64,000 bases of DNA from Octopus sinensis (lineage: Eukaryota), in NCBI RefSeq assembly GCF_006345805.1, contig NC_043009.1, forward strand, positions 60,388,001 to 60,452,000, in the 5' to 3' direction. Positions 48,650 through 61,465 of the stretch are shown here, piece by piece. Position numbers and translations under genes: made by a program. A model generated the notes under the pieces. That model saw only the letters and a list, made by a program, of their open reading frames with translations. It had not been told where the DNA came from and did not search any database. Within the stretch, counting starts at the first letter, position 1, and each line of letters starts with the position of its first letter.

Positions 48650-49275
48650 GCGATGACGGTGTGTGTGTGTGAGTGTGCGTGTGTGTGTATATGTGTGTAT
48701 GGTGGACAATGGCTAGTAGCAAGCAGTAGTAGAATTAAAGGAGTGGTGTGGGGGTACCCTAGCAAGTCAGAAAGGCAGGTCAGAAGCAGGGAGGTATGTG
48801 TGTGTGCGTGTGTATGTATGTGTGAGTGTGTGCGTGTGTATGTATGTGTGAGTGTGTGCGTGTGCATGTGTGTATGTGTGTGTGAGGCGTGATAAAAAAA
48901 CAGAAAATATGTATATGTTAGTGCGAGCGGGGCGGGAAAGGGTGGGGGCGTATGTAACGTGCCAGTGTGTGTGTTGAGTGGTAGTGTGTGTATATGTCCA
49001 GCGTGCGTAGTTGTGTGTGTGGCAAGTAAATTTGAAGTGTGTGTAAGTGTTATGTGTATATATATGCAAATGTGTGTGTGTGAGTGGGTGTGTGTATGTG
49101 TGTACGTGTGTGTACAAAAGGGGGGGTTTAAGGGGAAAAGAACTGCAGCGAAGGGGGGGAGGAGGGGGAAGATGTGTGGATGTGTGAGTGTGTCTGTGTG
49201 TAAGTCTGAGTGTCAGTGTGTCCGATGAATGTATGTAAGTATGTGTGTGTGTATATGTGTGTGTATAGATGTATG

Positions 49276-49309
<34 letters not shown>

Positions 49310-49386
49310 AGTGTGTATGTATGTACGTATGTGTGTGTGGAAGTGTGTGTATGTGCATGTGTGTGCGCGTAGATAGATAGACAGAC

Positions 49387-49442
<56 letters not shown>

Positions 49443-49474
49443 TGATCGATAGATAGATAGATAGACAGATAGAC

Positions 49475-49537
<63 letters not shown>

Positions 49538-49578
49538 TAGACAGACAGACAGACAGACAGACAGCCAGACAGACAGAC

Positions 49579-49609
<31 letters not shown>

Positions 49610-49620
49610 CATAGATGTAT
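48650..49620. repeat. Low-complexity (TG)-rich tract followed by a (TAGA)n/(CAGA)n tetranucleotide array
   Basis: Direct inspection. Confidence 0.95.
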
Positions 49621-50299
49621 AGGTATATGTTCCATTTTTTGTGTTTGTCTTAAATCTTTGAAACATTATATAATGTAACACCACACCCCTGGCTGTTATA
49701 TTTTTATCCATTCTGTTGTGACATCTACATTAATCACTCCTTATTCTTTTTCTATCTCTTTTGTCTTCCTCTCTCTCTCTCTCTCTCTCTTTATCTCTCT
49801 ATAGCACTCTCTTCTGTGCTGCTATGTACTTCTGTCTCCTCTCTCTTCTAGTATCTCTCTCTTCCATTTACTTTTTTGCCTCACCTTTGATTTGATCGCA
49901 CATCTCTCATCTCATCCACTTTCTACCTGGTTTGTTTTTTTTTTGTTTTTTTTGTTTTTTTTTCATTATGATTTTTTTCCCCCTCTCTTGTTTTCCAGTC
50001 TACAGGATATTTTCCTCTGCATTACTTTGCATTATCAGTCTTAGAACCACACAGCCTTATTTTGTTTGTATAAGTATATATTTTTTTTTTTTTGTGTGTG
50101 TGTTTTCGTATCTACATTTTGTCGTGTTCGCTTTTGTCATTGCCTTGCATGTCCGTTCATTCTACCCAGTCACTTCGTAGGACTGTTACCATCAAATGTG
50201 AACATCATTGGTAAAGCTGTGAAATTGTTTGGGATGTTGATTGATGGAATTAGCAACATTCTTGTATGTGAATTTCCCATTTGTTGTGCTTCTGTTAAA

Positions 50300-50356
50300 G
50301 TTTGAAACATTATATAAATATACACACATTTATAAAAAATACATACATATAATATA

Positions 50357-50417
<61 letters not shown>

Positions 50418-50599
50418 GTATATATATGTATATGTATATATATATATGTATATATATATATATACATATATATATATAAAGATATATATGTATATACATA
50501 CATACATATATAAATATAATACAAAATTATATATATATACACATATATATATATGTACATATACATATATATACATATATATTTATATGTGTGTATATG

Positions 50600-50638
<39 letters not shown>

Positions 50639-50995
50639 ATAATAAATATTAGGGAATAAATCCAAATTTACAGGGAAAAAATCAGATTTAGGATTAAATC
50701 CAATTTTATAGTATAAATATATTATATAATATTAATTCGAGACAAAACCACTATTTTGCAAAACAAACAAGGAAAGACTTAATCAATACATAAAATTTTA
50801 ATAAAAAGTAAATAATAAATAAATAAATAGTAAATAAATAAATTATTTACTTTTTATTAAAATTTTATGTATTGATTAAGTCTTTCCTTGTTTGTTTTGC
50901 AAAATAGTGGTTTTGTCTCGAATTAATATATATATATATATATATATATTTTTAGCTGTCATTGTTTATTTATTTGTTGAGTCACTGAATGCCAC

Positions 50996-51062
<67 letters not shown>

Positions 51063-51122
51063 TATATATATATATATATATATACATATATATATACATA
51101 TATATATATGTATATATATATG

Positions 51123-51155
<33 letters not shown>

Positions 51156-51246
51156 GTATGTATATATATATATATATGTATCTATATATTACATTATATA
51201 TATATTACATACATATTATATATATAACATATATATATATATAGAC

Positions 51247-51310
<64 letters not shown>
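50300..51310. repeat. Long (TA)n-rich microsatellites enclosing a family 1 Penelope-like inverted remnant (50640-50930)
   Basis: About 50725-50810 and 50845-50930 are reverse complements and homologous to 56-230. Confidence 0.85.
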
Positions 51311-51329
51311 ACCTCATCCAACGACAGAC

Positions 51330-52075
51330 ACCCAGCCAACCCCCCATGCTTGCGAAGACATGTTGGAGCAAGCGAAATCGAAATCGAAACCGAATTGAAT
51401 CAGCCAGGATCCCTGGCCTGGTGTGTACGTAAAAAGCACTATCCGACTCGTGGCCGTGGCACGTAAAATACACCAATGCCGACCGTACGACAGGCACCCA
51501 TGCCAACCCCCTTTGCTTGTGAAGACATGTTGTGGCAGCGAAGCGAATCGAAATCGAATTGAACAAGCCAGGATCCCTGGTCTGGTGGTACGTAAAAAGC
51601 ACTATCCGACTCGTGGCCGTGGCACGTAAAATACTCCAATGCGACCGTACGACAGGCACCCATGCCAACCCCCTTTGCTTGTGAAGACATGTTGGGGCAA
51701 GCGAAATCGAAATCGAATTGAACCAGCCAGGATCCTGGTCTGGTGGTACGTAAAAAGCACTACTCCGACTCGTGCCGTTGGCACGTTAAAATACACCAAT
51801 GCGACCGTACGACAGGCACCCATGCCAACCCCCTTTGCTTGTGAAGACATGTTGGGGCAGCGAAATCGAAATCGAATTGAACAAGCCAGGATCCTGGTCT
51901 GGTGGTACGAAAAAAGCACTATCCGACTCGTGGCCGGTGGCCGTAAAATACTCCAATGCGACCGTACGACAGGCAACCATGCCAACCCTTGCTTGTGAAG
52001 ACATGTTGGGGCAAGCGAAATCGAAATCGATTGAACCAGCCAGGATCCCTGGTCTGGTGGTACGTAAAAAACACT
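51330..52075 (+). repeat. Tandem array of about 4.7 units of about 160 bp derived from the RTE ORF-end/3' UTR, continuing into an RTE 3' end (to 52375)
   Basis: GCCAACCC anchors at 51335, 51502, 51664, 51824 and 51981. Confidence 0.9.
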
Positions 52076-52372
52076 ATCCGACTCGTGGCCGATGCCAGCA
52101 CCCCTCGACTGGCTTCCGTGCCGGTGGCACATAAAATACACCAATCTGACCGTAGCCGTTGCCAGCCTCGCCTGGCACCTGTGCAGGAGGCACGTAAAAG
52201 CACCCACTACACTCACGGAGTGGTGGCGTTAGGAAGGGCATCCAGCTGTAGAAACATTGCCGGATTAGACTGGAGCCTGGTGCAGCCTTCTGGCTTCCCA
52301 GAACCCCGGTCGAACCGTCCAACCCATGCTAGCATGGAGAACGGACGTTAAACGATGATGATGATGATGATG

Positions 52373-52436
<64 letters not shown>

Positions 52437-52451
52437 CATAGATATATATAC

Positions 52452-52529
<78 letters not shown>

Positions 52530-54295
52530 TGCGTGATTTAAGGAAGATTTCAACTGTTGTCTCTAGCATATTTCATGACTGGTAAGGTTGATAAAAATCG
52601 TAAGTTTAAAAAAAATTTTAATAGCATGAATGAGTTTATGCTGTTAATGGGGAGAAAATATTCTTTTTCTACTCTGGGCACAAGGCCCAAAATTTTTGGA
52701 GAGGTGGGGGGGGGGGCAGTCAATTAGATTGACCCTAGTATGCAACTGGTACTTAAATTATCAACCCGGAAAGGATGGAAGTTAAGGTCGACCTCAGTGG
52801 AATAATGGGGAGAAAATATTGGAAAACATTAATACTTGTCAGTTAACAAGAAACGACGAAGGTGGTCATGGAACATGCTAAAAACAACAACCAAATCTTC
52901 CTTTAATCCCACACCATTTTGCCTGAAAATATTCCCTATAGTATATTCATGATCTTCTGAAGTGTCCTTTTTGTGATATATTTACACAACATGAAGTTAA
53001 AGAATAAAAAAAAAATCATTGAAATTAGTCATTACTCATTTTATCCCATTTTGACATCATTTTTTGAAACTGGAAAATTGTGTGGATAAAAATTTACTTG
53101 GAATCCAATTGAGGATAATGATCGTTAAACACGAAAAAATCATCCAGATATTTTATTAGCAGCCTCAATTAAACTCAGGTCAAAGTAGAATGAAAATTTC
53201 TTGAAACAAGAGGACCTGCACCTAACTATATTTTGGACTACATCAACTTCTAGAACAAGTGAACTATGCCCTCAGATTCAGCTTGAAAAAGTACATCAAT
53301 ACACCAATTTTGAACTTTTTCACTTAACTAGCAGTATAGCCTGGCGTTGCTTGGGTTTGTTTTCTTTTCGACCCTTTAGAATTGGAATTATTGAAAAGTA
53401 AAAATTTTGAATTATGTAGCTTGTTATTCTCTTTAAGTGAACATTTTTCTGGTTGAAATACACCAAAAAATGGTAACACAGCAGTCAAAAAGTCATAAAA
53501 ATAGGGATTTTCATAGAAAAAAAGCACCTTTTTGATGTAAATAAATCTTGGTCTTTACATGGTCTGATTTGAATTTTTCCTTCTACGGAATGAAGAGCAA
53601 GCCTTCTTCTATCATATTCTCAATTTTGGTCAACTTGCGCCACAGGGTCTCGGAGGAGATAGTGTTAGTTGAAGGCTACCAAACCTGCCACACACACACA
53701 AACAACTTCAGCTTTATATATATAGATTTTTATAATTTCAAAAAGTGCAGTCAAACAGAAAGACCCATAAAATCTATAAGTCCAGACTGTTTGTCAACTT
53801 CATTTCAGTTCATACATAAACTTGCCACACGCAGCTTTCTCTAATTCAATAACTTCTGCTTGTCACGTAATTGTTTGATATATCCTGCCAACTGCCAGCT
53901 GTTGCTATTTAAATCTTACCCCTTCGATAGAGATACGATAGGATCAATTGCATGGAAGAGACTGCTTTAGGTGTACATGCCAAATTTATAGCTACATGTG
54001 ATGTATGTCGGCAGTCCTCTAACTGATAATGATGAACTCTACTTCTCCATCACACTCAGAGTGGGAGGCTGATGTCTGTAGGGAACTGAGATGTTGCTGT
54101 GGTAGGCCCCTTGACCCCACAGGTCTTCATGGTCTGTCTTGCTGCTTAAATGCTGGTCACTTTGCTTGTCACACTGAGCTAATCCTAATCATTAAGCAGG
54201 CTCTGGCTCAGATTAATATCCCCACAGTCCTGGAGCCATTGGGATTATCCAGCAGTGATGGAAAGAGACTAGATGGTCTATTTCTATTTCTTTTA

Positions 54296-54515
54296 TACCC
54301 ACAAGGGGCTAAACACAGAGAGGACAAACAAGGACAGACAAATGGATTAAGTCAATTATATCGACCCCAGTGCGTAACTGGTACTTATTTAATCAACCCC
54401 GAAAGGATGAAAGGCAAAGTCGACCTCGGCGAAATTTGAACTCAGAACGTAGCAGCAGACGAAATACCACTAAGCATTTCACCCGGTGTGCTAACGTTTC
54501 TACCAGCTCACCGCC
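54296..54515 (-). mobile_element. tRNA-derived SINE family D with a Meta-like central domain (other copies at 34100-34312 +, 52660-52800 -, 57215-57392 -, 61009-61224 -)
   Basis: Head GGCGG.GAGCTGG.AGAAACGTTAGCAC; central GCCTTTCATCCTTTCGGGGT.GAT.AAATAAGTACCAG resembles the MetaSINE domain (from memory, not searched). Confidence 0.75.
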
Positions 54516-55602
54516 AATGGTCTTATCCTCTGTCCCTGGGTTAGAGGTAGGTGCCTCATTTGGGATGCCAAAGTTTGCGACTCCTTTGCTTCCACTCACA
54601 TCCTGGATGCTACAGTTAATGGGAGGATCACTGCTTCCATAGCCAAACAGAAGAAAACCCTGAAGTATTAGTTCGTTGCCAGCACCGCTCCGACTGGCCT
54701 CCGTGCCAGTGGCACGTAAAAAGCACCATCCGATCGTGGCCGTTGCCAGCCTTGCTTGGCCCTCGTGCCGGTGGCACGTAAAGAGCACCATCCGCCCGTG
54801 GCCGTTTGCCAGCCCCGTCTGGCACCTGTGCGGATGGCACGTAAAAAGCATCCACTACACTCACGGAGTGGTTGGCGTTAGGAAGGGCATCCAGCCATAG
54901 AAACACTGCCAGATCAGACTGGGCCTGGTGCAGCCTTCTGGCTTCCCAGACCCCAGTTGAACCGTCCAACCCATGCTAGCATGGAAAGCGGACGCTAAAT
55001 GATGATGATGATTAGGAATTGAAAGTAAACTATCTCTTCCAAACTGTGGCGTTTGAGATGATCGGAGGGACTGGGCTACTAAACAAGGTGTCGGGTGATG
55101 CCTTCACAGACATCACCCAACACCTTGTTTATATGTATGTTTATATGTTATAAATAAAAATTAAATGGAAATTGTATTTGTGATACTCGTGCCAGTGACA
55201 TTTAAAAAGCACCATCCAAACGTGGCCAATGCCAGAGCCGCCTTGACTGGCTTCTATGCCGGCGGCATAGTAAAAAGCACCAACAGACCATGGCTGTTGC
55301 CACCTCCTCCGGCCCCTGTGCCGGTGGCACGTAGAAAGCACCCACTACACTCACGGAGTGGTTGGCATTAGGAAGGGCATCCAGCTGTAGAAACACTGCC
55401 AGATCAGACTGGAGCCTGGTGCAGCCTCCTTGCTTCCCAGACCCCAGTCGAACCGTCCAACCCATGCTAGCATGGAAAACGGACGTTAAACGATGATGAT
55501 GATGATGATGATGATATAAAAATAAAAACCTTTACTTAAGACAAAGGACAGCATAAACCAATCAATCTACACACAAAGGGGTTAAATTTATTTAAATACT
55601 AG

Positions 55603-55998
55603 TGTAGTGATGCTACTGTGTAGGGTTCGGCGCGCATGCGCAGAATGGACTACTTCCGGGTGGCCACCGAAGTATCCATGCGCCATATGCGGGAAAACAT
55701 CTCTCGAGCCCGCGAACCTCAAATCTCCTCTTCGGCTCAAGACAGCACTGCGATCGGTCACGGTTTTCCTGGCTCTGACAGCCACAACACCAGCTTCAAC
55801 CAACCTCAACGACAGCAGTATATCAAAGGCTGTCTATTCCTCCATCAGACAACGTACAACCATGAATCAATAAACCAAGTTGTCTGTTCACCTTTAACCT
55901 GAGTTTCGTCTGTTTGTTTTCTGCAAGAATTTTGTATGTGACTAGAAAGGATCTCGACACCCTTCCAGTGCTTCGATGATAGATCCTTTCACGTTACA
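55603..55998 (+). mobile_element. Solo LTR (396 bp) inserted at the 5' end of a Helitron-like element
   Basis: TGTAGTGAT...TTACA termini, 4-bp TSD CTAG (55599-55602 and 55999-56002), AATAAA near 55868. Confidence 0.85.
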
Positions 55999-57990
55999 CT
56001 AGCAGTATCGCCCGGCGTTGCTCGGGTTTGTTTTGACCCTTTAGAATTGGAATTTTTGAAAAGTAAAATTTTGCATTATGTGGCTTGTTATTTATTTTCT
56101 TTATGTGAACATTTTCCCGGTTGAAATACACAAAAAAATGGTGACACAGCAGTCAAAAAATCGTAAAAAATTGGGATTTTCATAGAAAAAAAGCACCTTT
56201 TTGATGTAAATAATTTTTGGTCTTAACATGGTCTGATTTGAATTTTTTCTTCTACGGAATGAAGAGCAAGCCTTCTTCTATCATGCTCTCAATTTTGGTC
56301 AAGTTGCGCCGCAGGGTCTCGGAGGAGATAGTGTTAGTTGGAGGCTACCAAACCTGCCATACACAGACAACTTCAGCCTTATATATAGAGATATACCCTC
56401 TGTATAACTGAGGAAACAAAGGCGTTTGCATTGATATGTTTCATATTTCTTCAGCATTTTGTTGATGAATTTAAAAGCTAAAAATAATCGGTTTTTTTTC
56501 TTTTGTTTTGTTTTTACTTATCTATTCATTTGCCCATCCCATCTTACATATATATAAGAAGGCAACGGTGCTTGTGATCAGATACTTTAGCTTTCTTCGG
56601 CTTATTTGTGACTAAATTGAAAACCAGCTTATGTTTTTGGGTTTGTAGCCGGGCATCTCGTACAGGTTTATGCCACTCCGTATATGAGAAGCCAAAATGC
56701 ATTTGCACTCCATTATTTCAGCTTTCTTCGACATATTTGTGGAGAAGTTTGAAAATTTAAAACCATCGTAAGTTGACGAATTTCTCCGCGCTCTCTTCAA
56801 CCGTCACTTCCACCACTTGAGAAACTCAATTGTATGTCACAAAATATAATAGGAACACTGACGTGTTTATGGAAGTGTTTCTTTCGTTTTTTTTCTCTCT
56901 TTCTTTTAATGTTTTAAATGAAGTGGAATTTGGCCCTATGATCTTTTCGACATAAATAAGACTTGGTTTTTTGTGTGTTTTTTTAGGGGGTACGCTATAT
57001 GACTAAAATCTACCTTCTTGTTATTTTTGTTTTCGTTGTTGTTTAAGTCGAAGCAAGGTTGTCCTTTTCTGTTTCCAAACTGAAAATTGCCATAGTTTAA
57101 CTTTAGTGTTGATCGATAAAAAAATAAAAATTATATAAAAAAAAAATTTCATTTCATTTGAAGTAACTTTCTGTCTAAGACAGAATTTTTAATTGTTAAT
57201 TTTTTTTTCTTTACTACCCACAAGGGGCTAAACATAGAGAGGACAAACAAGGACAGACAAATGGATTAAGTCGATTACATCGACACCAGTGCGTAACTGG
57301 TACTAAATTTATCGACCCCGAAAGGATGAAAGGTAAAGTCGACCTCGGCGGAATTTGAACTCAGAACGTAACGGCAGACGAAATACTGCTAAGAAATACT
57401 GCTAAGCAATTGCATGCAGTAATACTTTTTTGTTTGTTTGTTATGGCCGATTCATCGTAATTTTTTACTCGGTGTATGTGTATATGTATGTCTGCATGTA
57501 TGTGTGTGTGTGTATGTATCTATGTATGTGTGTATGTATGTATGGTCGATTCAGTGTAATTTTTTACTCGGTGTATGTGTATATGTATGTCTGCATGTGT
57601 GTGTGTGTGTGTATCTATGTATGTGTGTGTGTGTATGTATGTGTATATGTATGTCTGTCTCTTCGCACACACTAACAGAAGCACTTCACTTACACAACAT
57701 ACTGTCTGTCTCCCACACCCCATCAAACACACACAGGCCGATTTCAAAGTGAAACATCGTCGTAAAATCGCTTCCTCTTAGTCTCTTTCGCTCTCATTAC
57801 TTATGGGATGTTCACTTATGATTTTTTCGAGTCAACAAAATGGTAAATATATATATATATTTATATATTTTATAATATTTTTTCTATGTTGTTAAGTCCT
57901 GAGCAACACCTCCCCCCCCTATCCTGTACTTCTTTGTTTATGTTCTAGGTGCTGACTACATTACGTAGCTTTTGTTGTTATTTATTTTAA

Positions 57991-58211
57991 CCCTTTCGTT
58001 ACCAACCCGCCTAAAACAGCTTCTGGCTCTGTAATGCAAATGTTTTGTTTTCATAAGTTTCGAATTAAAATCTTCCACCAAACCTTAGTCACAAATACTG
58101 TTCCTAACACTAGCTGAATGACAACTAAGTTATTTTACTAAATTCTTTGTTATATTTAAAGTAATTGAAAGAAACTCAGAGCATCTCAAAATAAATACAG
58201 TAATGAAAGGG
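57991..58211. mobile_element. piggyBac-type MITE in the opposite orientation
   Basis: TTAA-CCCTTTCGTTACC start; reverse complement of the 7148-7368 family. Confidence 0.75.
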
Positions 58212-61200
58212 ATTTGATTACATCTGTGGAGGACAAATGTTCGCTGTGGTAGGCCCCTCAAGCCCACAGGCCTTCATTGTTTGGTTTGCCGTCTTAATGC
58301 TAGTCGTTTCGCTCATCACGTTGGCCCCCACAGGTCTTCAGGGTCTGCCTTGCTGCCTAAATGCTGGTCGCTTCGCTCGTCACACTGAGCTAAACCTAAT
58401 CATTAAGCGGACCCTGGCTTGGGTTAATATCCCCTCAGTTCTGGAGCCGGTGGAATTCCTCAGAAGTGAAGGGGAAAGACCAGATGCTTTCATCCTTTGT
58501 TCCCCGGATAAGAAGTAGATGTCTCACCTGGGACGTCACTGTCTGTGACCCTTCTGCTCTCTCTCTCTCTCTCTCTCTCGCATCTTGGATGCTGCTGTCA
58601 TTGGGGGTGAGGTGGAGGCGCAGCTTCCGTAGCTGAATGGAACAAAGGTCATCTCTACAAAACGAAAGGTCGCCCAGATTTTTTTGATTTTTTTTTTTTA
58701 TAGAAGTTAAAGCTAGCACTGATCGCATCCAAGACGTCAGATGTAAACAAACAATGAGATTGAAGATGGGAAAAAAAAAAAACGGAGGTACTACTTAAGA
58801 AGAGTGGTCCCGGTGTGCGCACTCGCGTACTCGTGCATCCGCGCTAGCTAGTCGTGACTAGTCGATCCTAACTTTGTGTTTTTGTGATTTATTTACTTTG
58901 TTTTCCAAGGGCACAATGACCACATGCAACTCCAGGCTGAACCCAGCCGCTAGCTCCCTAAGGATTACCGGGCATTCCGTCTTGACATCATATCTTCTCC
59001 TTTCTGATCCCTCATCCTTCCTCCACAGAGGGGGATGCTTTTTTCCCCCTTTTTCTTCTTTTTCATTTTGTTTTCTTTGCTTATGTTTGTATTTACTTCA
59101 ATTTTGGATTAGGATTGGTTACCTTTCGATAAAGGCACACGGAAAATGAAACCATTTCTTTGGCAATTTCCATAAAAAATTTTCTTTTTTTCTGTGTGGT
59201 AAGTAGCTTGCTAACCAACCACATGGTTCCGGGTTCAGTCCCACTGCGTGGCATCTTGGGCAAGTGTTTTCTACTATAGCCTCTGGCCGACCAAAGCCGT
59301 GTGAGTGGATTTGGTAGACGGAAACTGAAAGAAGCCTGTCGTATATATATATATATATATATGTGTGTGTCTGTGTTTGTCCCCCTAGCATTGCTTGGCA
59401 ACCGATGCTGGTGTGTTTACGTCCCCGTCACTTAGCGGTTCGGCAAAAGAGACCGATAGAATAAGTACTGGGCTTACAAAGAATAAGTCCCAGGGTCGAT
59501 TTGCTCGACTAAAGGCGGTGCTCCAGCATGGCCGAGTCAAATGACTGAAACAAGTAAAAGAGTATCACTTAAGTTTATGTATTTTTTTCTGTATGTATTA
59601 CGTGTTTATGTATATTTGTGTAAGTACTGTATATGTATGTGTATATATTATGTGTTTATATATGTTTGTGTAAGTACTGTATATGTATGTGATCACCGTG
59701 ACCGACCAGGCTATCAGATGTTGTTACACATCGCTGGTCGCAATGCGCTTCGCATTGTTCTAGCCTTCAAATGACGCCACCCCACTGGCTAAGCGAGCAG
59801 AAAGTTGTGGCGAAAGAGTACAGCAGGGATCGCTACCATCCCCTGCTGGAGCCTCGTAGAGCTTTAGGTGTTTTCTCTCAATAAATCGAAACTGGGAATC
59901 GAAACCGCGATCCTACGACCGCTGCCCTAACCATTGGGCCATTGCGCCTCCATGTATATGTATGCGTATGTATAAATAAACATGGCAATTCAGCTGGAAA
60001 AAAATTAAGAAATAGACATACACACAGATATACATACATGCACGTAAACACATACATATGTTTATTTACATACAAAAATATACATACATGCACACATAAT
60101 AAACAGAAGGGCCAAACTTAGAGGGGTCAACAGAAAATGAATACGGGGTCGTGAAGCGTATGGGATTTACATAGAAATGAATTTAAAATTTATTTTAGAT
60201 ATAAAAGCGAATGAAAAACAAACAAGACAACAGTACAAGGAAGTGGCGGGAGAGAAAGTTTAAGACCCCCAAGATACGTTCCCCTTCTGGACTTTGTACT
60301 CACGCAGGAACTTTCATTCCCAGCATGTTTTCTACTTGCTTCCATCTTTTACCAAACGTGTCTGATGACAAGCACCCCTTTTCTAGCCTTATAAACAAAG
60401 AAAGTTAACAAACTTTGACCAGAGACGAAGACTGGTGGCACCCCAGTAATATATGTCACAGTTCCTAATCGTTATTACTATCAATGAATATACATACATA
60501 CAAATATGCATACGTAAGTACATTTATACACACACACATACACACACACACACAAACATATACACACACACAGAGTTAAGTCTGATTTATTCATCATATC
60601 CAAAATTAGAAGAATAAGCTTTCTCTCTTCTCATTCCCTCTCTCTCTCTCTCTCCTCCTACTCTCTTTCTCCCCTCTCCCTTTCTCCCCTTCTACCTCTC
60701 CTTTTCTGCCCTTCTCCCTTCTCTTCTTCTCTCCTCATCTCTCCCTCTTTCCTCCTCTCTCAATTTATGTTTTATTTTCTCTTCAAGAATTTGATTATTT
60801 TGTTTAGTTCAATTGAAAATATCACCCTTTCCCATCCATCTAACCACACCACCTTTCTCTGATAACTTTTGGTGGTTGTCCTTGAGAAGGCAGCACCCAT
60901 TATGCATGAATACAAACATATGCACATTGATTACAGGTATCTTATCACAGATGTCTGCTACAAGTCACAGATGATTGCTCCAGGTAAAATGTATACCTAT
61001 TTCTTTACTACCCAAAAGGGGCTAAACACAGAGAGGACAAACAAGGACAAACAAACGGATTAAGTCGATTACATCGATCCCCAGTGCGTAACTGGTACTT
61101 AATTTATCAACCCCGAAAGGATGAAAGGTAAAGTCGACCTCGGCGGAACTTGAACTCAGAACGCAGCGGCGGATGAAATACTACAAAGCATTTCGCCCGG

Positions 61201-61465
61201 CGTGCTAACGTTTCTGCCAGCTCGAAGATATCTGTCACCAATCCTTTCATTCGTGTTCTCCATATAGCCTCTTTGGCATTCTTTCGATATGAGTCCCATT
61301 TACGTCACGTGTATTTGTTTACATTTGAAGAAGAAGATCGTCACTTTCCGTAAAATTTTTATTTTTTTATATACGTGGGGGTAAGGGTTAAGGGTGGAGG
61401 GAAGAGTTTCTTTTTTCTTCAGAAATGTAAATAAACCCACGTGGGTTTATATGACAGTTATGTTA

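Noticed and set aside
31238-50210. Isolated plus-strand mini-exon candidates (31238-31263, 31761 onward, 33674 onward, 42029-42045, 50170-50210)
   Set aside because: Splice-like motifs are present but I could not assemble a consistent phase chain or paralogy support, so they are compatible with chance.
48767-51432. Long ORFs (314 aa, 147 aa and others)
   Set aside because: They are translations of (TG)n, (TAGA)n and (TA)n microsatellites.
51330-52075. CRISPR-like regular array
   Set aside because: Units are full tandem copies with no unique spacers, there are no cas genes, and the sequence derives from the RTE 3' end.
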